Assembly: GCA_051294375.1 (NCBI GenBank)
Contig: CM119264.1
Location: 29,128,204 to 29,192,203, forward strand
Direction of reading: 5' to 3'
DNA: 64,000 nt
Source of the DNA: Paraspadella gotoi
Taxonomy: Eukaryota > Animalia > Chaetognatha
Below are positions 39,717 through 53,085 of this stretch, piece after piece. Made by a program: the position numbers and the translations under genes. The notes beneath the pieces were generated by a model. It was not told the origin of the DNA and did not search any database. It was given only the letters and a program-made list of their open reading frames with translations. Numbering within the stretch: position 1 is the stretch's first letter; every line of letters starts with the position of its first letter.

Positions 39717-40414
39717 TCATCATCGTCATAGTCAACTTTATCGTCGTCACCCTCGTCATTGTCATCTTCGTCATCATCGTCATTGTCGTCGTCATCGTTG
39801 TCTTCATCATCATCGTCGTCTTCATCATCATCGTCAAAGTCATCGTCATTGTAGTCATCGTCGTCGTCATCGTTGTCTTCATCATCATCGTCGTCGTCTT
39901 CATCGTCATCGTCGTTGTCATCGTCATAGTCATCGTTATCGTCGTCGTCGTCTTCGTCTTTCAGTCTCTGATTTAGTCGATTTCGCTGGCGTAAAAGTCG
40001 TTTTCGCCCTTTAGTTGTNNNNNNNNNNGTTGTTGTTGCTTAATTTGCTGTTATTCTTGTTGTCGTTTCAATGGTTTTATTGTTTTTGCTGTTGTTTTTT
40101 TAAATGATATATTTGTTTTTTTTTCCTTTCGTTTCGTTTGAAAAAAACATTTCTTCTTTATTTCCCTTTTTTTTAATTTCTTGTTCTTATTTATAAAATT
40201 GGTCAACCAATATACAACGTGTTTATATAATACGTTTTTTTTATCGTTTTTTGTTACTAAAAATTTTTTTTCCTTTAAAACAGAAAAGAAAAACGAAAAA
40301 AATAAAAATAAATCACGAACGATGATGGAAAGAAAATCTCCGCCGATAAATTTATTAATTTTATAAACGAAAAAAAATCGGGTTTTTTTCTTTTTCCTGT
40401 TTTATCATAACAAT

Positions 40415-40474
<60 letters not shown>

Positions 40475-42589
40475 AAATAAGTCACGTGACAACTCAGGTC
40501 AAGTGGCAACTTTGGCGCGAAAAGGTCAAAGTTCAACCGAGCGACCGACCGACCGACGCGACGAGGAATTTCTACATCGAATTTCGCAAGAAAAAAAAAA
40601 TAAGAAAAAGCTAATTCGTCTCTTGTCACTTTTACTGTAGCGAATGGAAATATTAATTTTCGTAGCTAAATGTAATTGTTTTATATTTTTATGTTAGAGG
40701 GTGATTGTTGTGCTCACAGGGCTGAAAGGGAAAACAATAATATAAATAGACATGAATCAAATACACAAAGTTTAATAATAATATGCATCGGTAAGTTTAG
40801 AGTCTTTGGGATTGTCCATGATATTGTCTCCATCATTTACATATAAATTCTACTCGTACAATAAACAACAAGAAACATACCAATTATATCCCAAAACCGA
40901 GTACATTATTCTTTAAGCAATCAATCAATCAATCCATCCATCAATTATTAAATCAACAAATCAATTAATCAATTAATCAATCAATCAATCTGTATCGATC
41001 CACCCTCGTCCGTCTCAAACCCTAAGCCTGTTCCTTCCAACTCTTCCTCCACCTCACTCACTCTGTCTCTCCCCCCTTACCCACTCCCTTACCCCACGCT
41101 CACCCCCCACACGCCGCCTCCCCCCTGCCACGCTCTCGACGCCATTTAATTCTCCAATTTCCGTTGGTGACAATTCGGATTAAGGTTGAGGTTTAGGCAG
41201 ATGCGAGGCTGACCCTCTTGGAAAAAGAATTGGACTGCTGGACTCATTTGGATGTGGGAGAAGGAAGAGAGAGAGAGAGAGAAGAGAGAGAAGAGATAGA
41301 GATGACGAGAGAGGAGAGAGAGAGAGAGAGAGAGAGTGATAGATAGATAGAGAGAGAGAGCAGAGAGAGGAGAGAGAGAAAGAGAGAGAGAAGAGAGAGA
41401 GAGGAGAGAACAGAGACACACAAAAGAAGACTCTTTCTTCCAATCCTGCTCTGCTACTTTTCACAGACCGCCCTCTGCCCTCATTGACTATGAGTAATTT
41501 ATCTTAATTATTACTGCCTTGCTCTGCATGATTATATTAGTATGTCTTGTTTGTCCTCCTATTTGTCGTCCCGTCTTTTGCCTCTTCTTTTCTTAGTGTT
41601 CCTCCCTATATGTTTCTTCAGTCCCTTTTGCTTCTATTTCTTTTCATGGCTCTTTTCTTTATGTTTTCTCCTCCATTTTCTTCTTCCTTTTCTTTTTACC
41701 TAAAATTTTTTTCTTTCTCATTTCTCTTCTCATCTCTTCTTTCCTTTCTTCTCTTTTTTAGTTTCTTTTCTCACTCCATTTCTTCTTTTGCTCCTTTTTT
41801 TCGTTTCTCCTATCTTTTTTCCTTTTCTATTTTCTTTCGTGTTCTTTCCTCTTTATCTTTTCTTTTTAACCCCTATTATTTTCCTTCATTCTCTTTTTTC
41901 ATTTCTCTTCTCTTTTTTCGTTTCTCATTCTCTTCTTTCTGCCTTGCAGTGTTCTGTCTTCTCTTTTTCCTCTGTCTTAGTTTCTACTATCTTTCTTCAT
42001 TTCTCATCTCATTTTTTCCTCTTATCCTGTTTCCTTCTCTTCTCTTTTCTTCTTTTCTCAATCTATTTTTGTCTTTTCTTTTTTCCTTTTTAGTTGACCT
42101 CTGAATGCGGATCTTCCTCTTTTGCTTGATAATAGCGATTTTCATACCTTTGGCTAGAAAAAAAAGCGTTTTCTACATACGAAAAGGAATTTAGCAATTT
42201 TATAGTAGTTGCTCCGACTTAATTAAGAAAATTACTAACTTTTTAAAAATCAACATAATCGCGGAGAGTATAGCAGAAACTTATCCATTGTTTCACTTAA
42301 AGAGACTTAATCTATTTTTTTGCCAATACGTTAATTAATAGAGAAACGTATTAAAATTCGATTTAATGAAGATGACTAAGTTTTTATTTGACTTTCGCCT
42401 AGAATTTTATAATTTTTTTGAGCTTGTTTTTTCCATGAAAATGAAATCATGGTTGAGATAACTGCGTCTAATCACAGACATGAAACATCTGATAGATATG
42501 CAAAATAAACTCACCAGAGTATATAAACCAACTAACGCTGAGATTACTTTTCAAATAATATTTCCTAGTTCAACTCGAGATTCTCTCAC

Positions 42590-42659
42590 CTTGATGGTCA
42601 TATAATAAGTGGATACTCCTCTTTCATGAAGAATATTGAGAGGCGACTGGTTCCGACTT
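42590..42659 (-). CDS. IgSF protein exon (3' part only; 5' part lies in N-gap 42660-43013), Ig domain 1 D/E strands
   Basis: Translates SRNQSPLNILHERGVSTYYMTIK, then a gtgag donor in phase 0. It joins the next exon to give YYMTIK|DIQFTDAGNYKC, the canonical V/I-set Y-x-L/M-x-I...D-x-G-x-Y-x-C motif. Confidence 0.85.
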
Positions 42660-43027
42660 NNNNNNNNNNNNNNNNNNNNNNNNNNNNNNNNNNNNNNNNN
42701 NNNNNNNNNNNNNNNNNNNNNNNNNNNNNNNNNNNNNNNNNNNNNNNNNNNNNNNNNNNNNNNNNNNNNNNNNNNNNNNNNNNNNNNNNNNNNNNNNNNN
42801 NNNNNNNNNNNNNNNNNNNNNNNNNNNNNNNNNNNNNNNNNNNNNNNNNNNNNNNNNNNNNNNNNNNNNNNNNNNNNNNNNNNNNNNNNNNNNNNNNNNN
42901 NNNNNNNNNNNNNNNNNNNNNNNNNNNNNNNNNNNNNNNNNNNNNNNNNNNNNNNNNNNNNNNNNNNNNNNNNNNNNNNNNNNNNNNNNNNNNNNNNNNN
43001 NNNNNNNNNNNNNGATCTTTGTTTGTG

Positions 43028-43140
43028 GTTAGGGTTAGGGATTTTGGTTAGGGACTGCTATATAGAGTTATAGGTTAGGGCTGGGTATTAGGGTTAGGGT
43101 TAGGGTTAGGGTTAGACTGCAGGATTAAGTTAGGGTTAGG
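43028..43140 (+). repeat. Interstitial degenerate telomere-like (TTAGGG)n
   Basis: ttagggttagggttagggttagggttag at ~43088-43114 with degenerate flanks. Confidence 0.75.
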
Positions 43141-43493
43141 AATTGGTTTTTAAGTTTGAGAACTTAAAATTAGAGATAAACGCATAGAAATGGGACTCTC
43201 TTGGAAAAGAGAGCTCCCTTGTTGTTCATTAAGGAAACGACAAAAAAAAAAAAGTCTAATCTTTAGGTAAGAAAAGAAAAAAATCTCCACACTCATGCTT
43301 TGCTATGATAAAATACAATCGATTCATGGTCCTCTAATATTAATTACTATCTTCTTTCCGTATAAGGGTGAGCGATAAACTGAAATTTTTTTTCTTCTTT
43401 GCTTCAAACCCAGTTTTGCAAAAAATTGCTCAGCGGAAAATCGGGCGCGAGATTGATTAATTTTTCCCATTAATCCTTGGAAAGTCGGTAAAA

Positions 43494-43808
43494 CGATGAC
43501 GCCATCTGGTCAAAAAATTGCGATGCCATCAGTTGCCATCTGGTTAAATATGGCGATGCCATCGGTTGCCGGCTGGTCAAAAAATGGCTATGCTATCGGT
43601 TGCCATCTGGTTAAATATGGCGGTGCCATCGGTTGCCATCTTGTTAAATATGGCGAAGCAATCGGTTGCCATCTGGTCAAAAATGGCGATGCCATCGGTT
43701 TCCATCTGATTAATTATGGTGATGTCATCGGTTGCCATTTGGTTAAATATGGCGATGCCATCGGTTGCCATCTGGTCAAAAAATGGCGATGCCATCGGTT
43801 GCCATCGG
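43494..43808. repeat. 33-34-bp minisatellite (~9 copies) in intron 1
   Basis: Unit gatgccatcggttgccatctggt(t/c)aaa(t/a)atggc. Confidence 0.9.
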
Positions 43809-43986
43809 GTCATCCTGTCATCCTTTATCGTCGTCATCATTGTCATCGTTTTCATCGCCATCATATTCATCGTTGTCATTGTCATCGTCGACGTCGTCAA
43901 CCATATTCAATCTCATACTATCCGTCTTTTTCTTCATTAGTTTAAATTTCCTCTCATCATTAATTTTTCTCCTCGTCCTTCTCAAC

Positions 43987-44168
43987 GAGAAATTGACGCT
44001 CTTCCCGGTTGTCATGGAAACCGANNNNNNNNNNGGGACGGCGATTTCGAATCGACGGATGGCGCTGGGGGTCGTCACGGCCCACGAGAGAACGATGAGC
44101 GCCGGGAGGAGGAGACGCCAGGTGGCGCTGCCGGAAACGAGTCGCGCCGAGAGCGCCGGAAGCGTCAT
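43987..44168 (-). CDS. IgSF protein, first coding exon (signal peptide + start of Ig domain 1); interrupted by 10-N gap 44025-44034
   Basis: gccATG context. Translates MTLPALSARLVSGSATWRLLLPALIVLSWAVTTPSAIRRFEIAVP[gap]SVSMTTGKSVNFS: a hydrophobic signal-peptide core followed by the typical Ig A'/B-strand pattern (V-x-x-x-x-G-x-S-V-x-F-x-[C]). The donor reads gttgag, possibly gtgag with a 1-nt sequencing insertion, so the 3' boundary is tentative. Confidence 0.7.
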
Positions 44169-45154
44169 GGCGTTGGAAAAACGGGGGGCGTTAAAGGAAA
44201 ACGAGGTTGTTGTTGTTGTTGATGTTTTGGTTGACGGAAATTAGCGATAAACGAAGTCGTGGACGCAGTTGGGTTATTTTTCTGTTGATTTTTTTGTTTT
44301 GGTTTTCAATCTTTGTTGTTTTTTCCGGAAATTAAAACGAAGCGCGAGAGAGAGACGAGGGAAAGGAACATCTAAGGAAACGAAGGGAGAAAACAGTAAA
44401 ACGATGTGATTAAAGGGATGGACAAAACAGAATGAGGAAGAGAACAAGACGAGAAAACAAAGGATAGGGGGAAGACAGAACCAGAAAACAAAGGAGAGAA
44501 AGAAAAATGGAGGAGAAAAATAACTGGTTGAAAATGAGAGGAATAGAAGCGAAACTAAGGGGACAGAGAGAGGAAAGTGGGAGGGAGAGAGAGTCGGGGA
44601 TGAAGAACGAGGCAGGGAAATTCGTCAACTCTTATGGGTTCGAGTCTGCGTCTATTTTTAGCCACGGGTCACCGCCACCGTCTCTCTCTCTTTCCTCGGG
44701 AGATTATCGCCATTTTCCTTTTCATCCTTTTTTTTTGTTCCTTTATTTTCCTTTCTTTTTCTTTAATTCGTTTTTTTTTGCGATTTTCCTTTTTGTGCGA
44801 TTTTCCTTTTTTATTTATTTTCCTTTTTTTTTTTTTGCGATGTTCTTTTTTTTTTCAAATCCACGCGATTTTATCTTCAGTCTTCAGAGGGAGATTGTTT
44901 CGCGTTTTTATCTCGAGTCTGGAAATAGAATAAAAATAAAACTGGGTGAGATTCTGAGTTTTTGTGCGAGAAAGAGAGAGAGAGAGAGANNNNNNNNNNN
45001 NNNNNNNNNNNNNNNNNNNNNNNNNNNNNNNNNNNNNNNNNNNNNNNNNNNNNNNNNNNNNNNNNNNNNNNNNNNNNNNNNNNNNNNNNNNNNNNNNNNN
45101 NNNNNNNNNNNNNNNNNNNNNNNNNNNNNNNNNNNNNNNNNNNNNNNNNNNNNN

Positions 45155-45190
<36 letters not shown>

Positions 45191-46295
45191 CGCTATACAT
45201 ATGAACTTTCAGACTTTATTAATGATAGAGATTAAAGTAAAAGTGCATGAGCTAAAGAATATTTTTTTATCAATACAACTTCGGGAGTGTCTGTAACTAA
45301 ACTTATGCATAGAAATACATAATGCTATATATCGAGCGCGATAAATCTAGGTTTTTGCGGATTAATATGCATTAATATGCATTAATATACATCTTTTCAC
45401 ATTGTATTCGATCTTTCTCTTTTGTTGTTTTTTTTTAATTCTTTAAATCTTCTCACATTAAAATTTTCTCACACTCCATGCAAAATAATTTTCATTAAAC
45501 TGACAATATCACATTACGATTTCTCCTTAATATATATATTTATATATATATACTTTTCCTTCGTTATAAAAATCACGCGAACTTTTTTTGTTAAAAAAGA
45601 AGAAAAGAGAGACGAAAGAAAAAGAGGAAAGAGGGAAAAAGATAGAGAGAGAGCAAGAGAGATAGAGAGTGAGACGANNNNNNNNNNNNNNNNNNNNNNN
45701 NNNNNNNNNNNNNNNNNNNNNNNNNNNNNNNNNNNNNNNNNNNNNNNNNNNNNNNNNNNNNNNNNNNNNNNNNNNNNNNNNNNNNNNNNNNNNNNNNNNN
45801 NNNNNNNNNNNNNNNNNNNNNNNNNNNNNNNNNNNNNNNNNNNNNNNNNNNNNNNNNNNNNNNNNNNNNNNNNNNNNNNNNNNNNNNNNNNNNNNNNNNN
45901 NNNNNNNNNNNNNNNNNNNNNNNNNNNNNNNNNNNNNNNNNNNNNNNNNNNNNNNNNNNNNNNNNNNNNNNNNNNNNNNNNNGCAAGAGAGATAGAGAGT
46001 GAGACGATTTAAAGTCAAGGAGTCAAGAAAGAGAAAGAGAGAGAGAGTGAGACGATTTAAAGAGACGGAGATCGCAGCGACGCTCAGCGGCTGGAAAACC
46101 AAAACCAAAACAAATCGAATAAAGATTTTTTTTCCTCTTTTCTTTTTGGATGATTTTGAAAGAGAGCGACTTTCGTCTTTTGTCTCTTTAGTCTCTCTTC
46201 CCATTTTAAGTTTGATCCTGGTCTGAAAAGGTTTCCCTGGCTTAAAGTAGTTTAATCCGGGTCACACTTTGTCTTGCGTCTTCGAAAAATAGAGG

Positions 46296-46351
<56 letters not shown>

Positions 46352-46964
46352 CCACAAAATTTAAATGTTAAGTTGACAGTCAACACAGATTTCAGCCTAA
46401 AAGGCTAGAGAGAGAAAAGCTCTTTTAAGTTTTTATTGTTTCTCTGAGGTTTATTTTGTTTGTTTTGTATTTTAAAAAAATAAAACTTTCGTGACATGAT
46501 GACAACTGTATTGTATCCATAAAAATCTAAAAATAGCTTCAGCTTAAAAATTAAAAACTCAAATCCATGGAAAAGACGTGAAGTCAATTCGATCTTCGCC
46601 AGGAGAGAGAGAGAGAGACGAACCTGATTTCTCAGAAATCCGAATCGCGATCACTCAACGACGACGTTTCACGGTTTAATCGTCGCTTTGGCCTTCGCTT
46701 CTCGTTTGCCCCCCCNNNNNNNNNNNNNNNNNNNNNNNNNNNNNNNNNNNNNNNNNNNNNNNNNNNNNNNNNNNNNNNNNNNNNNNNNNNNNNNNNNNNN
46801 NNNNNNNNNNNNNNNNNNNNNNNNNNNNNNNNNNNNNNNNNNNNNNNNNNNNNNNNNNNNNNNNNNNNNNNNNNNNNNNNNNNNNNNNNNNNNNNNNNNN
46901 NNNNNNNNNNNNNNNNNNNNNNNNNNNNNNNNNNNNNNNNNNNNNNNNNNNNNNNNNNNNNNNN

Positions 46965-47055
46965 CCTTCCCCAAAATGCCATCTCTCAATCACATTCACA
47001 GCCACTCCATCCCCCAAATGCCATCTCTCAATCACATTCACAGCCAACCCTTCCC
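46965..47055. repeat. ~41-bp tandem repeat flanked by N-gaps (array probably larger)
   Basis: ccccaaatgccatctctcaatcacattcacagcca occurs twice. Confidence 0.85.
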
Positions 47056-47718
47056 NNNNNNNNNNNNNNNNNNNNNNNNNNNNNNNNNNNNNNNNNNNNN
47101 NNNNNNNNNNNNNNNNNNNNNNNNNNNNNNNNNNNNNNNNNNNNNNNNNNNNNNNNNNNNNNNNNNNNNNNNNNNNNNNNNNNNNNNNNNNNNNNNNNNN
47201 NNNNNNNNNNNNNNNNNNNNNNNNNNNNNNNNNNNNNNNNNNNNNNNNNNNNNNNNNNNNNNNNNNNNNNNNNNNNNNNNNNNNNNNNNNNNNNNNNNNN
47301 NNNNNNNNNNNNNNNNNNNNNNNNNNNNNNNNNNNNNNNNNNNNNNNNNNNNNNNNNNNNNNNNNNNNNNNNNNNNNNNNNNNNNNNNNNNNNNNNNNNN
47401 NNNNNNNNNNNNNNNNNNNNNNNNNNNNNNNNNNNNNNNNNNNNNNNNNNNNNNNNNNNNNNNNNNNNNNNNNNNNNNNNNNNNNNNNNNNNNNNNNNNN
47501 NNNNNNNNNNNNNNNNNNNNNNNNNNNNNNNNNNNNNNNNNNNNNNNNNNNNNNNNNNNNNNNNNNNNNNNNNNNNNNNNNNNNNNNNNNNNNNNNNNNN
47601 NNNNNNNNNNNNNNNNNNNNNNNNNNNNNNNNNNNNNNNNNNNNNNNNNNNNNNAAGAAAGATGAAAAAAACAAAGTGAAGCGGGAAGAAAAAAGGATTT
47701 CGGGCGAGAATGAGGGAT

Positions 47719-47755
<37 letters not shown>

Positions 47756-47764
47756 AGAAGAGAG

Positions 47765-47813
<49 letters not shown>

Positions 47814-47927
47814 CGAGAGAGCGTTTCTCAAGTCTCGAGGAAAATATGAGTTGTAGACGCGCGAGGAAGATGAGGCGAGAGAAAAACAACCGGAGTGAGG
47901 ACGTGCGGCGCCCTCTTCCGCGCCGCG

Positions 47928-48012
47928 GTTTGCCATAGCAACGGTCGATCCGGCCGTCCCTGGCAACCGCGGTCGTCGTTGCCGTGGAACACGTCCAAGC
48001 GTTCCTGGCAAA
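47928..48012. promoter_or_regulatory. Cluster of four RFX X-box-like motifs in a CpG-rich island upstream of the IgSF start codon
   Basis: gtttgccatagcaac (47928), gtccctggcaac (47956), gttgccgtggaac (47978), gttcctggcaaa (48001), compared with the X-box consensus GTTNCCATGGNAAC. Confidence 0.4.
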
Positions 48013-48740
48013 GTCCGCCGAGCGCCTTCTCGCACCGCCAACCCCCGGATTTTAGAGAGGAGAGCGAACAGCACTTCTCTCTCTCTCCTCCTCCTTCCTC
48101 TTCTCTTCTCTATCTCTCTCTCCCTCTCTCTCTCACATCTCCTTCTTTGCTCCTCTTATTTTTTTTCATTAGGCCGGCTAAAGGTCAGTGTTTTAGTCGC
48201 ACTTCTCAAAACGAACTAATGTCGCAATATTAGACCTTCAGCTTTTTTTGACGGGGTTTTCTTGTTTTCAAACTCGACGCGAGATGGCACCAGCGACATT
48301 TTTCGAGGGGCGATGACCTCCGTCTGTGATATCGTTTAAATCGGAGAGAGGAATCGGTGTAGTCGTAATTGAAGTTGGTACAGATGGTTGGAATGGTATA
48401 AATGGCATAGATGGAACAGATGGAACATATGGCGATTTTAAGAAGAATTTATTCTATAGGAAAAAAATGCCGGAAGAGAGAGCGGTTGGCGTAGATGACA
48501 CAGATGACGTCTAGATCTTTGGATCTCGCTCTCTCGATCTCTCCCTCTCTCGCTCTCTATTGATCTTTCCCTCTCTTCCTCTCTCCCTCTCTCGATATAT
48601 ATCGCCCTGATGGAATAAAAAGTCTTTACGTCTGCCTTCGCAATGAACGACTCTTCTTATTTCCCAGAAAAACCCATGGGATTCAAACGCTTTTTCGTTT
48701 ATGCGGCAATTTACGTATACATAGTATAAATAATAATATG

Positions 48741-48813
<73 letters not shown>

Positions 48814-48928
48814 CTCTCTCTCTCTCTCTTCTCTTTATTTTCCGCTCGAAGGCCGACGTGAATGCCGTCCGCCGTCTCTCACTATTACATAACGAGCTTC
48901 TTTCTCATTTATTTTTCTTCCCTCTTCT

Positions 48929-48992
<64 letters not shown>

Positions 48993-51900
48993 TCTCTCAC
49001 TTACAAACGCAATTCAACACCTGCTATCTCTCCTTTAATTCTCTTCCTCCCTCTTCCTTCCTCTCTCTCCTTCCCTTCCTCTCTCTCTCCTTCGTTTCCC
49101 CCTCATCTGGCCCTCTCCCTTCCCTTCGTTCTCCTTTATTTTCTCTCATTACTTTAACCACTTTAACATTTTTTCCCATTTTCCTCCAGATCCGCGATTT
49201 ATCCCCAGTTTTTATCTCAGCTTCTTCTTCTTCTTGATCCTCTTTTCTAAAAGCGAACCAATTTAACTTTAATTCAGAATTAAGTTTATTTAAGTTTAAA
49301 TTTAAGTTTGTAGGGATAGGGTAGGAAGTTAGGAATTCAGGTTAGGTATTTGGTTAGAGTTTTAGTTAGAAAGATTATGGATTAAATTAGGCATCAAGAT
49401 TACGGTTATGGTTAGGGATTAGATTACGCTTTTGAAAAGAGTTTAAAAATAATGAATCTAAATGGAGAGCCTTCGGATAATAGTGCCATATTCCTCCTCC
49501 TCTTCTTCCTCCTCCTCCTCTTCCTCCTTCCCTCGATCGTGCTCATAGACAAAGGCCAAGAAATCTTGTGGCTTCAACTTCTATTCTCATTAAAAACTTG
49601 GAAGCCAAGAATCCTTATCTTTCTCCTTTCTCCTTCGTCGTCTCGTTCCATTCTTAAAATTGTTGTGTCTTCGTTTTCAGTTCCATATTTAATCTCGGCG
49701 GCTTACGAGTTAAGAGGCTGTTTTCGTCTCAGAATTATCATTTAAATTTATTTTGAAAGTTATTAACCGATAAGATAATCATATTTTTAAACGAAATTTT
49801 GGAGGTTTTTGGTTTTTGGTTTTTGGTCGTCATTTTTTTTTCAGGACAAAAATTACAACCAATTTTTAATTAAATAATTATTTCCTCATTCATTGAATCA
49901 AGCCGGCTTAATATCAATTATAATACATTTAACACGTTTTGAAACTAAAAGATTGAAATGGCTGCTATGAAAGCAATAGTTGTAATAAGATGTAATAAAC
50001 GCTTTTCTGTATTTATGTCTATAAGAGCTGCACTGGCTTTTGACTGCATTGGCTGCACCGACTGCAATGGTTTCATTGCCAGCGATGGCTGCAATGGATC
50101 TAATTTCTCAAACTCGTTTCCATATCGTTGTCATCTTTCAAGAATCGCTTCCTCGCAATTTACTTTTCTACAAAATTCACATCAGATAAAAAGAGAGAAA
50201 AACTTTTTTTTCTGTTTTTTACTTAAAAAAAAAATCAATGTTTCTTTTTTCATTTTTAATCTCACAATAAATGAGCTTTCAGTTTTTTTTTCTCACCACG
50301 TCACGTCTCTTCGGTTGGCGAAGTTCGATGGCGTGAAAATTTGAAATCATCGATTCACGCGACGAATCTGCAACATTTCACGTGAATTTTATTCGCGGAA
50401 AAGAAAAAGTCAGAGAATCTTTCATATCAAATTTGATCGGATGATAATTTATCGAGTGAAGTCTTATTTCAAGTAATCTTGAAGCATCAACATTTATAAA
50501 AACGGCGGGAACCTTAAGTCACAAAATATAATCATCAATTTTATAGTAGAAAACGGTGTTGTCTTAAACGCTTATTAAATTCCACATCTATCTTTTCCTC
50601 TTCAAGCATTAAAGGGTCGACAAACTTCGACCCGGCGCTCCATCTTCCTCAAATGCAAGCCCAGCCAATCACCGAACTGCTTATTCATCCTTAAATTATC
50701 ACCCGATTTTTTCCCCAACCGCTAACCCAGCCCCATCAACTGCTTACCCAGCCCCCTCCAACTGCCTGTAGTCGGGGATAGGAATATTTACACCAGGGCG
50801 TTAACCTGGAGGCCAATTTTAAAAATATAACATTGTGCCCTCCTTTGACCGTCTAAACATCAGTCGGGATCCAATGTTGTCCGGCCGGTCAACATTTTCA
50901 CCACATTTTATTAGTCGATTTTTGGAGATAAATAAGAAAACGATTTTAGTCCTGTTTTTAGACTCAAGCCGAAACGTCTGCCTGTTTTGAATTCCGTTTT
51001 TACGTGTTTTCGTTGTGAAATACTATTAAAGTTTCTGGATCAAGACAAAAACGCCGTATTACTCGAATCCCAAGTTAAATCAGTCAGAAACTGGAGACGT
51101 TTGGATGCCGTCCCCGCTAGCGAGAAAAACATTTCACACGTTAGGCTTGCAATGTATTTTAAGAATAGACCTGTACAAAGATAGCAATTGCGTGTTATTA
51201 ACATACTAATGGCGACTAAACCTAAATGTTGAGCTACAAAAGACTTAGTGGTTGAAACCGACCCTTGTAATCCTAGCTGACTAAAGGATAATTCTCTCAT
51301 AATTCTCTTTCTTACTAAGTATAGAAAAGTCATCTGTATTCACAAGAATATTGAAAATTATGATTAAGCTATTATGATAATTAAATTATTAATTCTTTAG
51401 CTATTAATTGAACCATAAACAAACTCGCTCTCATTTGAAACGATACACAAATTAATCTGCTAATCTAGAAGAGTTTAAAAATAAAAAAGAGGTAGCACTT
51501 CTTAGTGCCTACCCTACCCAACCCTACCCTACCCTACCCTACATAACCTTACCCCTACCCCTACCCCGACTCCATCCGATCTTTAACCCCGTCCATGAAA
51601 TTAAATTTCGTCGCCGAGATTTTTTGGAAGCGAATCCGGGGTTTGACTGAGACTTGACCCGGTTCGACCCCCTTCACCTCTGACCCCCTTGAACCCCGGG
51701 ACTAGATTAGAGGACCTGAGATCTCGTTACCGAAGACTTTCTCTTCCTCTCCTCTTTCTTTTCATTCTCGTAACCGGAGAAAATGGAAGGGAAGAGAAGG
51801 CAGATGATTTACGAGATATATGAAATGTTACAGCCAATATAAAAATTATTCATTCGGACTTTGGACAGGTTTTGTTGGTTCAAGGCCTCCATCACTCTTA

Positions 51901-52599
51901 CAATGTAATGACATAGCAGGTCCCTGCAAACTTTCAATCAAGATTCTCTCACTGTCTCGTTTATTCACTCACAGAGTACCTGGCTTCCTTATCAATGAAG
52001 TGGTATAATGTTTCAAAATAAGTTTCAATTGTATTAGATTGGGGAATACTCTATTGTACTATATTGTACTATATTGTACTCCGCCCAGCATGTAGTTTTA
52101 AACCCTTCCATCGCCTTAAGATTAAATATAAGTTAATTTATTAAATTTCAAGGCTTAAATAAAAAGCAAATTAAGAATCAGTTCTTAATGTAGGATTTGA
52201 TCTTTCTTCTTATTCACCAATTTCCAACCCGAAAGAGTTGATTCTCGTATAAATTTATATTAACTTTAAATTCTAATTAAAACAAAAACTAACGGTCACG
52301 AGCGGATAGCTATATTCAGTGAGTTATCGAGTTACATCTCATAGCGGCAAAAAGGCACTATTTTTTCTATCGCCTACTGGAACCTACGTTGACTGACACA
52401 TCAGCCAAAGATAACTATAATTCTGATGAAAGCCATGACACTTATTGGGAAAATCCAGTTCCAACAAAAATGGCACCAAGAGTAGAGAGCCTGCGTCATT
52501 TTGGCCAACTGCCCATGATTAATGCACGTGCTAAAATTGAAAGGACAACTCCGATTACTCCGTTAAACAAATCTGTAATGAGCTCCTCAAGCAACATAT

Positions 52600-52722
52600 G
52601 CACCAACTAAATTGAGGAAGTATTTCCGAGCTTTAAGCTTTTTCAATGAAGTTGCGACCGACAGACAGACATGTATCGCCCGACTGAAAGGTGTCTTGTT
52701 GAGTTGCTCCGCGAGTTTTCGC
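52600..52722 (+). mobile_element. Partial 3' copy of the HINE-like family
   Basis: caccaacta...gaccgacagacagac...ttgttgagttgctccgcgagttttcgc matches the end of 59837-60247. Confidence 0.5.
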
Positions 52723-52988
52723 CTCTCAATTAATAACATATTTTTCTAAGTCTGCTTTGGTTTCGATATAAGTCCTTCCAATTTCCTCGTTTCCATTCCT
52801 CGCGAATACGAAAAGAAAATTTCTTTGTTTTGGAGGAAAAAAGGAAAATAAAGCGAAGTAACAAAAAAGGAAAAAACACATTAATAAAAAGATAAAAATA
52901 AAAAAAAATAAAAAAAGGAAATAACAAATGATTCTGGAAAAAAAAAGGAGAAACTTCGTAGATCCGAAATTATTCCAGGTATTCATCT

Positions 52989-53027
<39 letters not shown>

Positions 53028-53045
53028 CTTTTGTTGTTTACGTCT

Positions 53046-53085
<40 letters not shown>

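Noticed and set aside
40472-40575. Candidate minus-strand exon ending LSCHVTYF|gtgag; similar candidates at 38451-38515 and 41120-41245
   Set aside because: The flanking true exons already join in phase 0 into an intact Ig motif; these candidates break the phase, interrupt the motif or contain stops.
43494-43808. CRISPR-like appearance of the palindromic 33-bp repeats
   Set aside because: Head-to-tail units without unique spacers, eukaryotic context, no cas genes.
48370-48435. Collagen-like G-x-x translation (GTDGWNGINGIDGTDGTYG)
   Set aside because: Short 9-bp-period repeat with no splice context; a similar 9-bp periodic tract occurs at 49960-50100.
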